Shown: piece after piece, positions 12,404-23,157 of the stretch
Layout of the letters: each line of letters starts with the position of its first letter
Position numbering within the stretch: position 1 is the stretch's first letter
Assembly (NCBI GenBank): GCA_964187785.1
Contig: OZ076409.1
Span: 51,212,001 to 51,276,000, forward strand
Length of the DNA: 64,000 bases
Reading direction: 5' to 3'
DNA from: Amphiscolops sp. MND2022
Taxonomy: Eukaryota
The notes under the pieces: model-generated
Database searches by the model: none
Told to the model about the DNA's origin: nothing
What the model saw: only the letters and a program-made list of their open reading frames with translations
Program-made: the position numbers and the translations under genes

Positions 12404-13446
12404 CAGGGCTTTTCAATAAATTATTTGTATTGCAATATGTTGCAATGTTTGTATTGCAATATATTTATTGGGAATGGCAAAAGACAGCAATAATATTGCA
12501 ATATATTGCAATATATTGGACATAAAAACACATTTAGAAATCATTCTTCTGGAGCATTTCTTAGAAATATAAATCAACCACACTATAGGCCTACTTATAT
12601 TTTTCTCAGAAATGTTCGTAATTCAACCTTTTCAATTCAAGTGCGCTTTTGCTATTTCTCAGAAAAATAAAACACCATCCCATGCGATGTCCTTCGTGGC
12701 CTTACTCAAACTGTTCAAATCTAATTCCATTTGAAAAAACCAGTTTGTTTTGTTACCGATGGGGCCTCTTACATGCTGAAAGCGGGCCGTAACCTGAAGA
12801 TCTTGTACCCCAATCTTCTTCCTGTTACATGCGTTTGCCATGGGCTAACGCGGGTTGCCGAGTTGGTGAGATCGCAAAATTCTAAAGCTCAATTTTTGGT
12901 TATAAAAGCCAAGCGCTTGTTTGAAACTGCTGCAAGAAAACGAATGTTTCGAAATTTACTTACTTTGACTTTGCTACCGAAAGCAGTTATAACCCGATGG
13001 ATCACTTTCCTGGAGACTTAATTCTATTATGCAGAACATTATGGAGAACCTAAACAGTTTCTGATTCACTTAGGAAGAAGACCCTGATTATCGCTTGGCA
13101 AGTGATCTTTTGGAATTGATGATTGAATCCATACTAGAACAACAACTTACCATCATTTCTTGCAGTTTCAAGTAACTCACGGAAGCAATTACAAAACTTC
13201 CGGGAAGGATGGCGATTACAGAAAGTAATTAATTGAAATTCTTGAGCACGTTACTAATAATGTCATCACGGAGTCCCACAAATCGAAGCTTGCTGCTATT
13301 TTGAGCAAAAATTCCAAATCTTTCCCAGCTTCGGGAACTCATCGATCTCATACGTGGAATGAACTTTGAAAACCCACAAATCAGTCTTCTGCTAGCGGAG
13401 AAGTTCAGAACTCTCCCACTGTGTCATCTGACATTGATCGTGGCAG
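12404..13446 (+). pseudogene. hAT-related (DUF659-type) transposase relic, 5' part; resumes at 14860-14930 after the solo LTR
   Basis: FVTDGASYMLKAGRNLKILYPNLLPVTCVCHGLTRVAE..ITRW..YYAE. The C-terminal SSDIDR|FSLQRMNL..LEAIFII (VERSFS-like) is split by the LTR. Possible left end CAGGGC at 12404. Confidence 0.72.
12427..12520. repeat. Cluster of TATTGCAATA palindromic units, probably subterminal repeats of the hAT element
   Basis: gtattgcaatatgttgcaat..gtattgcaatat..atattgcaatatattgcaatatattgg. Confidence 0.65.
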
Positions 13447-14859
13447 TGTCACAGCCCGCTCCCGGCTGTTATCGCTTTAAACGCGATTGTTTCGGTTAAA
13501 TATTTTGGTGTGAACTAATTGGAGAATACTGGTGTGAATACTAAGTTTGTGACGTCATCGACACAGCTACGCTAGCAGTACGTTATTATTTGGAATGATT
13601 TTGTGACGTCACTAATTAGACAATTGGAATGATTTTCTAATGCGCAACGTAACGTCTCCGTAAACCGCTGGTCAGCTATAGCTAATTTTATTACGTACAG
13701 CGCTTACGGAGCAAATTGTAAAATTCTAAAGCTAAACCTAATCCTAATACGTACGGAGCGCTTACGGAGCAAATTGTAAAACTGTAAAGCTATAACTAAT
13801 TTTAATACGTACGGAGCGCTTACGGAGCAATTGTAAGATTGTAATTATCAAATTAGGGTCTTAAAAACAATTTAGTAGGAAATTTCTTCAGCAATTGATG
13901 AATTTCAAAGATTTTGTGGATAAAATGCAACGTAAGGGCAACGTCATATTATTGGAAGTTTTCTTTTGAATGAAGTTTATACTAATATTTTCATTGAGTG
14001 TTCTGCATTTATACTATGAAATCGAAATTGTCAATCGAAGTAAAAACGTGTTAATGTCACTAATCGATGTTCTGACCAGCGTTTTCTCAAGTGTGGAATT
14101 TGTTGTTGACCGAATGGTCTCCGTTGTTTTAGTATTTATGTGATTGTATGTTTAGCTTAGATATATTTACGTCGTTTTATGTTCGTGCTGATAATAATGG
14201 CAATAACTTGAAACTGTTATTCCGGTATCATTTGTTCCTTTTCATCAGTATTCAAATGTTTCCGCTCTCAAAATTATTTGCTCCGTTTTAGTTGCGTTGC
14301 CATTTTTGCTAGTCATACTTTTATCTTGAATATTTGGATTCCCAACTTGGAAATTGACTAATTAATCACGCCGGCGTGCCTCCGTTGTTGAAAATATCAA
14401 GCAGGCTCTCATTTTGCCGCCATTTTGACGTCCAAACAGAAAATGTATCGTTTGAACAAAAATGATTTCAACAAATGTTACGGAAGGGCGACGCAACTAG
14501 GAATTTCGATACCTGATTTTGTGACGCGGGACTAAAATAATATGAATCAACTGGGTTTTTGCATGAACAAACCCAATTTTTATGATACCTAGGAATTTTT
14601 AGGTGAGGAACAAATGATGCTAGGAAAGTATAAATATGTTGGTTTTGTAAATTGAATTAGTTAGTTAAAAAGTTAATAGTGATCATTGTTGCATTGTTTT
14701 ACTCCGTTGTTGAAACGATTTTGGAAATTCAAATTCTTTCAATCTTAAAAAAAGAATCTCAGTCAGAAAAGCCTTAAAATATATTCATTCACCTACATCA
14801 ACATCCATAAAAAATTAAAACGACTACCTAAAATAACACTCCGTTAGGTAGTCGTAACA
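13447..14859 (+). mobile_element. Solo LTR (Gypsy family A, 1413 bp) with 5-bp TSD GGCAG
   Basis: Starts TGTCACAGCCCGCTCCCGG and ends CCGTTAGGTAGTCGTAACA. GGCAG at 13442-13446 and 14860-14864. Homologous to 19230-20741 (inverted) and partly to 47400-53060. Confidence 0.88.
13688..13855 (+). repeat. Three ~57-bp tandem repeats in LTR U3
   Basis: ta(a/t)tacgtac(gg)agcgcttacggagcaaattgtaa.. three times. Confidence 0.8.
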
Positions 14860-15889
14860 GGCAGATTTCATTACAGCGAATGAATTTGACTGGCAATCAA
14901 TATCTTGAAGCAATTTTTATAATCAATCGGAGCAAGGCTCTAAAGAACGTTGATGAATGAGTTTTGTCTAATAAACGTTCCGAAATAACAATTATTTATA
15001 ATTTCAGATTGTAGATTTTGCGCAATTGTTTTCGCAATTTCAGCATTCTTAAAGCAAATTGAATTATTGTTTTATAATCTGGTCCTTGGTACCGACGCGT
15101 TCACGATGTTTTCATACTTTGATTTCTCAACTACATATCTGATGTTATCGCCGCTTCTTGAATAGCCGCTTACTACCCTGGGTGTTCATTATTGTATGTA
15201 ATATATTGACTCAAAAAAGTGAATACATTTAAATCTAAGCCTACAAAAATCAATAGTTTAAATTGTTACTTCTAAAAATCAATAATTGAAGTTATTGTGC
15301 TCAAAACCAAACTCATGAAGAAACTCGACTTTACAAAACTTTTGTACATCAAAATGAGTGCCAAATACTTTATTTATGATCAAAAACATTTGAGACTCCT
15401 CAAAATTTCTTGGCGGAAATTCTTTATATAATCAGTCATCATCAAATTCGCTCGACTAAAATAATGTTACGTTGTTAGACTAGAAGTTTAAAATGTTACG
15501 TTGTTAGAGTAGAAGTTTAACCGTAACTGGATCAGGAAATTTCCGGATCTATTCAAAAATCTGGTGTTTAAACTTTAAACAGCAATATCTCCTAAACTAT
15601 TCAAGTCCGACAAACGATTTATAGTGCGTTCGAAAGAAGACAATCAGGGCTTTCAATTTCTTTCTTGAACTGCTTAGCTGGGGCCCCGCAAGGGAAAGCC
15701 CATCGCGTACAAAGTTTTATACGCCGAGTCCGAAGCCTGTGCGGCCTCATGTTTTTGACTGCATTTCAACATGTTTCAAAATATGTTGGGGCCGTTTTGA
15801 CAATCTTGAGACCAGTGGGATAAAATGGTCATAAAGTGAACCCGGAGAACCGGAACATCTGCGTTGATTTTTTAATTTTTCGGTCCCGT

Positions 15890-16106
15890 TTTCTTGAGTC
15901 AGGAGACACTTAGGGTTAAAATGAAACACTGTAAGTAATAATTTCCCCCACAGGGTTACGCGTAACCAATAATTGTTGGAAAACAGAGTCAACAAGACGC
16001 CCGCTTAGCACCGGGATATTTTCCGCTAAACATGTAACGCATCGGCACGGGTTCGAACGCACGACTTCGTGTCTGCTAGGCGGACGCACTACCAACTGAG
16101 CCAAAG
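15890..16106 (-). mobile_element. tRNA-derived SINE-like element with a tRNA-Ala(AGC)-like head
   Basis: Minus strand TGGCTCAGTTGGTAGTGCG (box A), CTAGCAG (AGC loop), GTTCGAAC (box B) at ~16036-16106. Acceptor and anticodon stems do not pair, so not a functional tRNA. Confidence 0.55.
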
Positions 16107-16381
16107 TAATTAAATTAGGTGGAAGTGGATTGAGATCGTGGAGATTTGGAAGAGTTGGTAAAAAACGCAACATAGATTGTGTATTTTTCCCCCATTCACA
16201 AATAAATTTCTAGGGCGTAATATAGTAATATAATGATTGTAATTGTTTAATTACATTAATTGTTCTTTGCAATAATTAATTGAACACCCCTAAACACCAC
16301 ATACAGATGACGCTATCTCGCAGTTTGTACTGTGAATGAAAAAAAAATTTGCAGTAAAATGGCGGTAAAAATGATGACAAC

Positions 16382-17400
16382 TGTTACGATTGCTACACGG
16401 GTCGTTGTTTTGGGTAGAACTTATTCTACACGATTTAGTAGGGGTGTAGAAATTCCTAGTTTCAATTTCTGTTTCCTCCTCAGTGTCCTGTTTAACATTT
16501 TCTCTTTTTTTAGGCTTTAGTAGTTTCAACATCTCCCTTTGGGATTCCATGAGAAGATTCTTGATTTCGGATGTAATCTCCTCTTTTAGTGAGGCTCTCA
16601 AACTTTCCAAGACGCTACCCTCAATCCTATTGGATTTTGGTTTCGAAAGTCCCGCAATGGTTGCGTCCTGCCCTAAGGGACAAGAGTTTCCTACTAATAT
16701 TGGTGAAACAAAATCTTCACTAACACTTTCGGTGCTCTCCTCTTGGTTGTTTTTTCTCTTTTGATTTCTTGTGGTCGACAATTTTGAACGAAGAAAGTTT
16801 GATTTGAAGAATTCAAGTTATCTTTGCTATGTATTTTCCAACGAAGTTGAAGAAATAAGCTGAGATGAGTGAATTATAGCGTAACTGAGTTTTACAAATG
16901 CGAAAAGACTGAGTCCATTAGCCTACAAAATTTTTCGTATTTATACCCTCCTAGCATCATTTGATCACGACTATTTTCCTAATTTTCTCCGAACAATTAG
17001 TCATTTCTTGTTTTTTTTAATGAAAAAATCATTACAATCCCTTCATTTGCGTCGACATTTCGTCAAATTTTGAGAAACGGTAGTTTTAATTCGGCATTAG
17101 TTATCAACCATGATCATATCATTTCATTCCGGCGTCCTTTTGCATCCTCCCAAGCAGGAAGTAGATATTACTTCAGTCTGTCAAACTGGAAATATTTTCC
17201 TGTTTTGCTGCTTTGGTTCGTAGAAAATTAACGCTGAGGTGACGCTGGCGTGAACAACTAATACCTGATTTTGAATTTTTACTCGAAGAAAATATGACTA
17301 ATCTCGTTTGTTAGGAATATTTAGAGATGCTAGGAGAATAAGAAGGACCAATCTTTTGATAGATGCACTTAATTAAAATGATTACAACACATAATTATTC
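16382..17400 (-). mobile_element. gag: 3' part of a family-A-related LTR containing a gag N-terminal ORF
   Basis: ORF 16781 downward (STTRNQKRK..QREMLKLL..DPCSNRN) is homologous to 52690-53060. LTR end ..CAATCGTAACA at 16382. The U5/leader resembles 14330-14640. Confidence 0.68.
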
Positions 17401-17939
17401 TATCCAAGTTAGCACAATTATGGTTTGACGTATTAATGACGCCGAATTGAATTAACTTTAACAAAAACGTTGAATAGCAACATCAACTCCAAATAATGAA
17501 ACTTGTTTAAACCCTTAACACGTAATCAGGGCGACAACAGACATGAGTATACTAAGTGCGGTACCAAATGACACTGAAATATAATTCCATTACTGAAACA
17601 TCACGACATTTTTCCCTTGTACGCCAAGGTGACGCTAACTTGTACAAAATAGTATCATGAATATACACCCAGCATTATAAAATACATGTTTATGGAGTAT
17701 TCTTCAGAATAAACAGGACTTTTTATTCTAGTTGATATGGAAAAGTTTTGTTCAATTTAAGTCCTAACATGAGTATCTAATTTGGCATTTCAATTTAGCG
17801 ACAGGTAGACGTATCCTAAAATCCTTTTTGTTTCCATCCTAGTTTAGTTATACGAGTTTGATCAGTTTTGGTTTTCCTAAACCATTAAAACAATGTTCAT
17901 TTCATCCTTTTAGCTGAATTAAGATGGTTGTTTTGATGG

Positions 17940-18725
17940 CTTTTGGACGTAACGAGGACGTACGTATTAGTATTAGATTTAGTCCACCAGCATAGAGGAC
18001 GTAGCGTGGACCTAGATTTGGAATGGAATCTAACTAGCTACCAGCGCTGTGACGTCCTTATGACGGAAAATTGGAATGATTTTCTAGTTATTCCACTAGT
18101 ATAGGCGGTTAATTGGAATGGATTTCTGGTATGCATGGACGAGTCAATGACGTCACCTGGTATATCTTCAAAACTTGTGTACGTCCCGTTGACGACAAAT
18201 ATGCATGTGTGCTTATTTTTGCCTCCGCTTTGTTTACTTAGTGGTTTATTGTCGTCTTAAACCACACCAATGGCTGTTCAAAGTGCAATTAAGTTGCCTT
18301 TCTTAGAAAAGGCCTAATTCGACGGCGTGCCATCTCAAATGTATTTTCCGTTTTACATCTGATTGATGTTTTTTCTTAGAGATGATTTTGGATATGTTTT
18401 TAATTAGATTAGTTTGTGGCCTCCTTATTTTAAGACCAGTTTTAATTTGGTTTTCAGGTGGCGAATGGGTCTATTTTGTCGTGAGAAAAACGTCGAACCG
18501 GAAATACGTGAAAATTATTTTAGATCATTTGTTCTCTATTTTCATTTTCGTTTGAATCTTGCGTAAAGTAGACGTATGTTTTGCATTTTCAGTCACAGTT
18601 TAGTTTAAGTTAGTTTTAAGTTTACCAGTTAAAATAGGACTTTGGGAACCTTAGATTACCTCCGTGTCCGCTTGCGATTCTCAGTCCTCGACAACCACAT
18701 GCCAGACCGGGAGCGGGCTGTGACA
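17940..18725 (+). mobile_element. LTR-like fragment of a related family
   Basis: Shares the ttggaatgattttct and TGACGTCA motifs. Ends CCGGGAGCGGGCTGTGACA (18707-18725), the exact reverse complement of the 13447 LTR start. Confidence 0.5.
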
Positions 18726-18729
18726 ACTC

Positions 18730-19229
18730 AGTTGAATTAAAGCTGAAATGTTTCTCAATGAAATCTGCAAAACATCAAGGTTTAAAATTTCATTCTCAAC
18801 GAGTTTGGCAACTTTGAAGAACGAAGAACATGTGAACAGTTTATGTAACTTCAACAAAGGTAGAGTGTGGTAGTACGAGCCAGCTCCGAGGGCACTTGAG
18901 CCCACTGTTCAATATTTACTCCGAGGGCATCGACAGCAATTTGCTAACCTACGTAAAGCACTAATCATTTCTGCGGTCGTACGCTTTTTTATCCAACAAA
19001 CCTTTCAAAGTTGAAAATTTGTTATTGCGGTTGTTCAAAAAAGTAATTTACAGCTGTGTTTTCCCTCATATTACAACTTTAGCAACATCACTGATTAAAA
19101 TTGAAAACAATTGGCATGAGACAAATGGGTGGTTTCTATAGAACAGAAATAATACTTGTCGTAACTCCGCGGTGAATTTACAGAGCTTTCTCTCTGATGT
19201 CGACTTGAGTTACAAAGTTCGAGACACTG
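18730..19229 (+). pseudogene. hAT (Buster/ZBED5-like) transposase relic; resumes at 20747-20960
   Basis: Frameshifted ELK..FLNE.., DSNLLT..SFLR, ELSSDVDL.. before the LTR; FWV..CLYEA..LEDNLAIS after it. These loosely match the Buster C-terminal region. Confidence 0.4.
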
Positions 19230-20741
19230 TGTTACGACTACCTAACGGAGTGTTATTTTGGGTAGTCGTTTTAGTTTTTTAAAAGGGTTTCTGGAGGTGC
19301 CATGATTGTATTCTCAGGCTTTTCTGAACTCGAGTTTTCATTTTTGATAAGAACCACTATGTTTCAAAGAGTTTTGCATTTTTCAAGAAGAATCGTTTTA
19401 GCAACGTAACAAACAACGTAACAAAGATCACTAATAACTATCTGATTTAATTTATGAAACCAACATATTTATTCTTTCTTAGCATCATTTGTTCCTCACC
19501 TAAAAACTCCTGGTTATCATAAAAACCGGATTTGTTCACACAAAACAGCAGTTTATTCATGTTATTTCAGTCCCGCGTCACAAAATCAGGTATCGAAACT
19601 CCTAGTCGCGTCACCCTTCCGTAACGTTTGTTGAAATCATTTTTGTTCAGGCAATTTCATTTCCTGTTTGAACTTCAACATGGCGGTAGAATAAAAGTCT
19701 ACTTAATATTTTCATCGACGAAAGCACGCCAGCCGGCATGAACATTTAGTCAATTACCAAGTGGCAATTCAAGTGCTCAAGACAAAAGTATGACTAGCAA
19801 AAATGAGGACGTAACTAAAACGGAATTGTTCGAGGGTGAAGGAAATACTGAAATGAGTGGAAGGGAACAAATCATGTTAAATCTTTCATGTTCCAGTGTC
19901 TACTGGAAATTACAAGTGCATTCAGGTTGACAGAATAGGCCAAATACATGTATCACAACTTTTCAACTTAACAACAGAACGCAAAATCAAACGGAAGCCT
20001 TACGGCCGTCAAAAATTTCACTTCGTAATAATTGAGTATCAAACATCAACCAACGAATAGTTACAAAGGCATATTGTCATCCTTTGTGCGACAATCACGA
20101 TTTTATTATGAGATTCAGCAAGAGCGCTGGATATGGAATTACATTTGTCTGGGAGAGAAACAAGTATAATATTCACGTCACCCTTACGTCAAGTTTGGGA
20201 TTGTCCGTTGATTTGGTGAACGTAGTGAAACATGAACCATAGTGAAACATGGTGAAACATTCAAATTTGATTCAAAAGAAATTTCTTATGTTATGTAAGG
20301 TGAACGTGATTCCATGATTAGTATTTCAGTATAAATTCAAAACAATAAAATTAAACAAACAGTTTTACAATTTGCCTTTACCGATCATCTTTTGTCATAT
20401 AAAATTTTCTTCCTGAAGATCTATTAATGCATCGTTTCCTCAAGAAATCCCTTTCAAAACTAGCCTAAAAATCATCTCGCTAGTACAACCTTACAATTCG
20501 CTCCGTAACGTATTAAGATTAGGTCTATCCGAACACCGGTTGACGGAGACGTTACGTTGAGCTTTGGAAAATCATTCCAATTCTCTATTTAGTGACGTCA
20601 CAAAATCTTTCCGAATAATAACGTAATGCTGGCATAGCTGTCTTGATGACGTCACAAAAAGCATTCCAATTAGTTCAAAACAGTATATTTAACCGAAGGA
20701 ATCATGTTTAAAGTAATAACAGCCGGGAGCTGGCTGTGATA
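19230..20741 (-). mobile_element. Solo LTR (Gypsy family A, 1512 bp), near-perfect 5-bp TSD CACTG/CACAG
   Basis: Minus-strand start TATCACAGCCAGCTCCCGG (TG mutated) and end CCGTTAGGTAGTCGTAACA, identical to the 14859 end. Collinear inverted match to 13447-14859. Confidence 0.85.
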
Positions 20742-20959
20742 CACAGTTTGGGTCCATTTGACGTCTCCTGTGGTCTAATTCGACTTCGAGGTCCTCTCAA
20801 GACCCCTTCAACTTTGGTCCATTTTTGCATTTAATCCTTCTCTTTTCCTTCTATGCTTATATGAAGCTCCTGTCGGAGCGGCCGTTAGGTTCACAAGATA
20901 ACGTGTTCAAGCTGTTTCTTCTGTAGTATTAGAGGATAATCTTGCAATAAGTGGTAACA

Positions 20960-23157
20960 CGATGTTGGTTAAATCGCCGATTCAGCGAATCATGTACAAA
21001 AACTTTCGTTCAATGTTGTTATTTTCGAAATTGTTATTTCTTTCCAGTAAATCATCTCACCAAATTCGACCCTTTGGGCACTGGAGAGCAATTCAGGCAA
21101 ACCCTGTTCGCTTTCGTTGTCGCTCAATGTTTCTGATGCAAGAAAGTTATTCCTGTTTGTTTGTGATTCGGTTATGACAATATGAGTAAGACGATGGAGT
21201 ATTGAAGGTTTTTTGTTAGAAGGGAGATGTAATTGTTTATAGTTATGGAATGGGGTTTTGTTGTGATTCCACAAAGCAAGATAGCAACTGAACGTAGTGG
21301 ATGCAAAAGTTGTAATGGCTCCTTTTGGAATTGACGCTTTTCTGCTTCCAGCGTCTTAGCACCTTTAGTACTAACCGGTATTTAGCGCTATTATGGGTCG
21401 TCATGGCAACTTTATACTAATATTGCGCTCAAGGACAAATACTATGCCTGACGGTATTGGTAGAGGATTAGATGTGTACAGTTTGGAATCTAATAAACTA
21501 CATAATCACATGATGGTATTTGAAAGGATGATTATGATGACTGTGTGTCCCAATCCTACATGTGTGGTTTTTTTGTTGAATATGAAGTCGGAAGCATCGA
21601 ACTGGTGAACGTATGTTATTGACGACTAATGATCTCGGTCATACGTGCATGTAGTTTAAAAAAAGATGGAATGATTAGTATTGAAGCTGGTACTTATAAT
21701 CAATGACGACTGCTTGTCCCAGTCGTGATCAAATAAAAATTCAAATGTAGCGAAAGTGGAAGCATCATGTTGGTTATAAATGTATTCGACGACTGATTGT
21801 TTCAGTTATTATTACGGGTGATGAACTAACGTGGTGAACATTACACTGGTAGATTCCCACTTGATTACTGGTTAAGCCGGTCGTTATTTGGTTGACAGCA
21901 CTGTTTAGTGAATAAATCATGGTACTAATGGTATATGACGACTCGTGGTTCAATGCATTTGTTCAACTGAAATAGTTTTTGAGTTTCAAAATTTTGTTTC
22001 GTGCTGTTCGAGCATGACAGCTGCAGAATCTCCTTTTCATTGTTGGAGGTAGAACCTTTTTCAATACTTTTTTTTCAGTTTTCATCACTATGACTACACA
22101 TCAATGACCTAGATTCCTCTTTATCAGAGTTTCTGTTTTTTTTGTCAGATTGGAAAGCAAGTTCGTTTCCGTTCCTCTTGCTAACGATTTCACTTGAACT
22201 CATTTATAAAACAGTTACCAAACATAGATTCGTATATTCTACATCTGACAGTAATTCAGATTGGCGAGACTTTTCCTTGGCATTCTGCTTCTTACTAAAA
22301 CGCATTGCCAGAATCATTTCGAATTCCACCATGTTTTTTGGTTGTGATATGTTTGTAACTTCAGTCTACTAGTTATGCAACAGAAAGTTACAACTTTTGT
22401 GTAACTTGAGAGCAACAATGGAAAACAAACTGAATTATGGTGGATGACGGGTAGATATAGGCGTCAGAGATTGTGAGCGGAAACATCAAGCAGCATGTGT
22501 AATGGTTGGAGTTGCGGAGATAGTTATTTACGATGTAAACAGTGATTGGAGAGCAATTGAATGGTCGGAAATCGGAAATATTGAACGGATTGAATAATAC
22601 TAATGATGGTGGTAGCAGTTTTGGAAATCATTGAGTAGTTTAAGTAAACAGTGTGTTGGCCTCGTCATCTTTTGTGCGCATTTTATAAATGCCGTTAAAG
22701 TAATTAATTCATCGACAGTTGAATTGAAATTTATCACGTAATGTGGAAGGCTGTCGTTTGTATTTGTTTTTTTTTGTGTTAATCCAATTGCATTAAACTA
22801 TTCTGTTCTTTATTCTTCTTTCCATTTGAAGACCAAAGGTATGCTCATTTCAACGGGTCGAAATAGGGTATAAGAGGTAATCCGAACTAGGGGTATACTT
22901 TCACTAGCTTTAACAACTTCAGAAGACGGGAGTTGTTCATCCCGTTTGAATGATATGTATCGGCTGGGTAGAACTGTGAGTTCTTTTATTGATGAACTTT
23001 TGAAATGGTGGGTAGATTTCCGTCCTTTTTTGTCAGTATGGGTGATCAATCCACACTTCCTGATGCACGGAGAGATGAGCGTTTGCAGTCGATGAAGAAG
23101 TTTGGAGTTTACTTGTTTATTCTTTTCACCGATTGGACACTTATTCGTTATGGCTGA
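20960..23157 (-). pseudogene. gag: Gypsy gag relic plus upstream leader (copy 1; copy 2 at 34620-36843)
   Basis: Collinear with 34630-36843 (~85% by eye), which runs directly into protease-RT. The left end resembles the start of a protease. Confidence 0.62.

Noticed and set aside
15645-15656. Right TIR of the hAT relic (CAGGGCTTTCAA, similar to 12404)
   Set aside because: It is in direct rather than inverted orientation and is embedded in a different repeat.
16036-16106. Functional tRNA-Ala gene
   Set aside because: Acceptor and anticodon stems do not pair; it fits a SINE head or pseudogene.
13447-18725. Single 5.3-kb DNA transposon bounded by the perfect 19-bp inverted repeats
   Set aside because: No TSD for this pair (GGCAG vs ACTCA). 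The 13447 end already pairs with 14859 through a GGCAG TSD.
16382-18725. One minus-strand solo LTR
   Set aside because: The flanks (ACAAC vs ACTCA) are not a TSD, and the internal motifs at 17940-18250 are in plus orientation.
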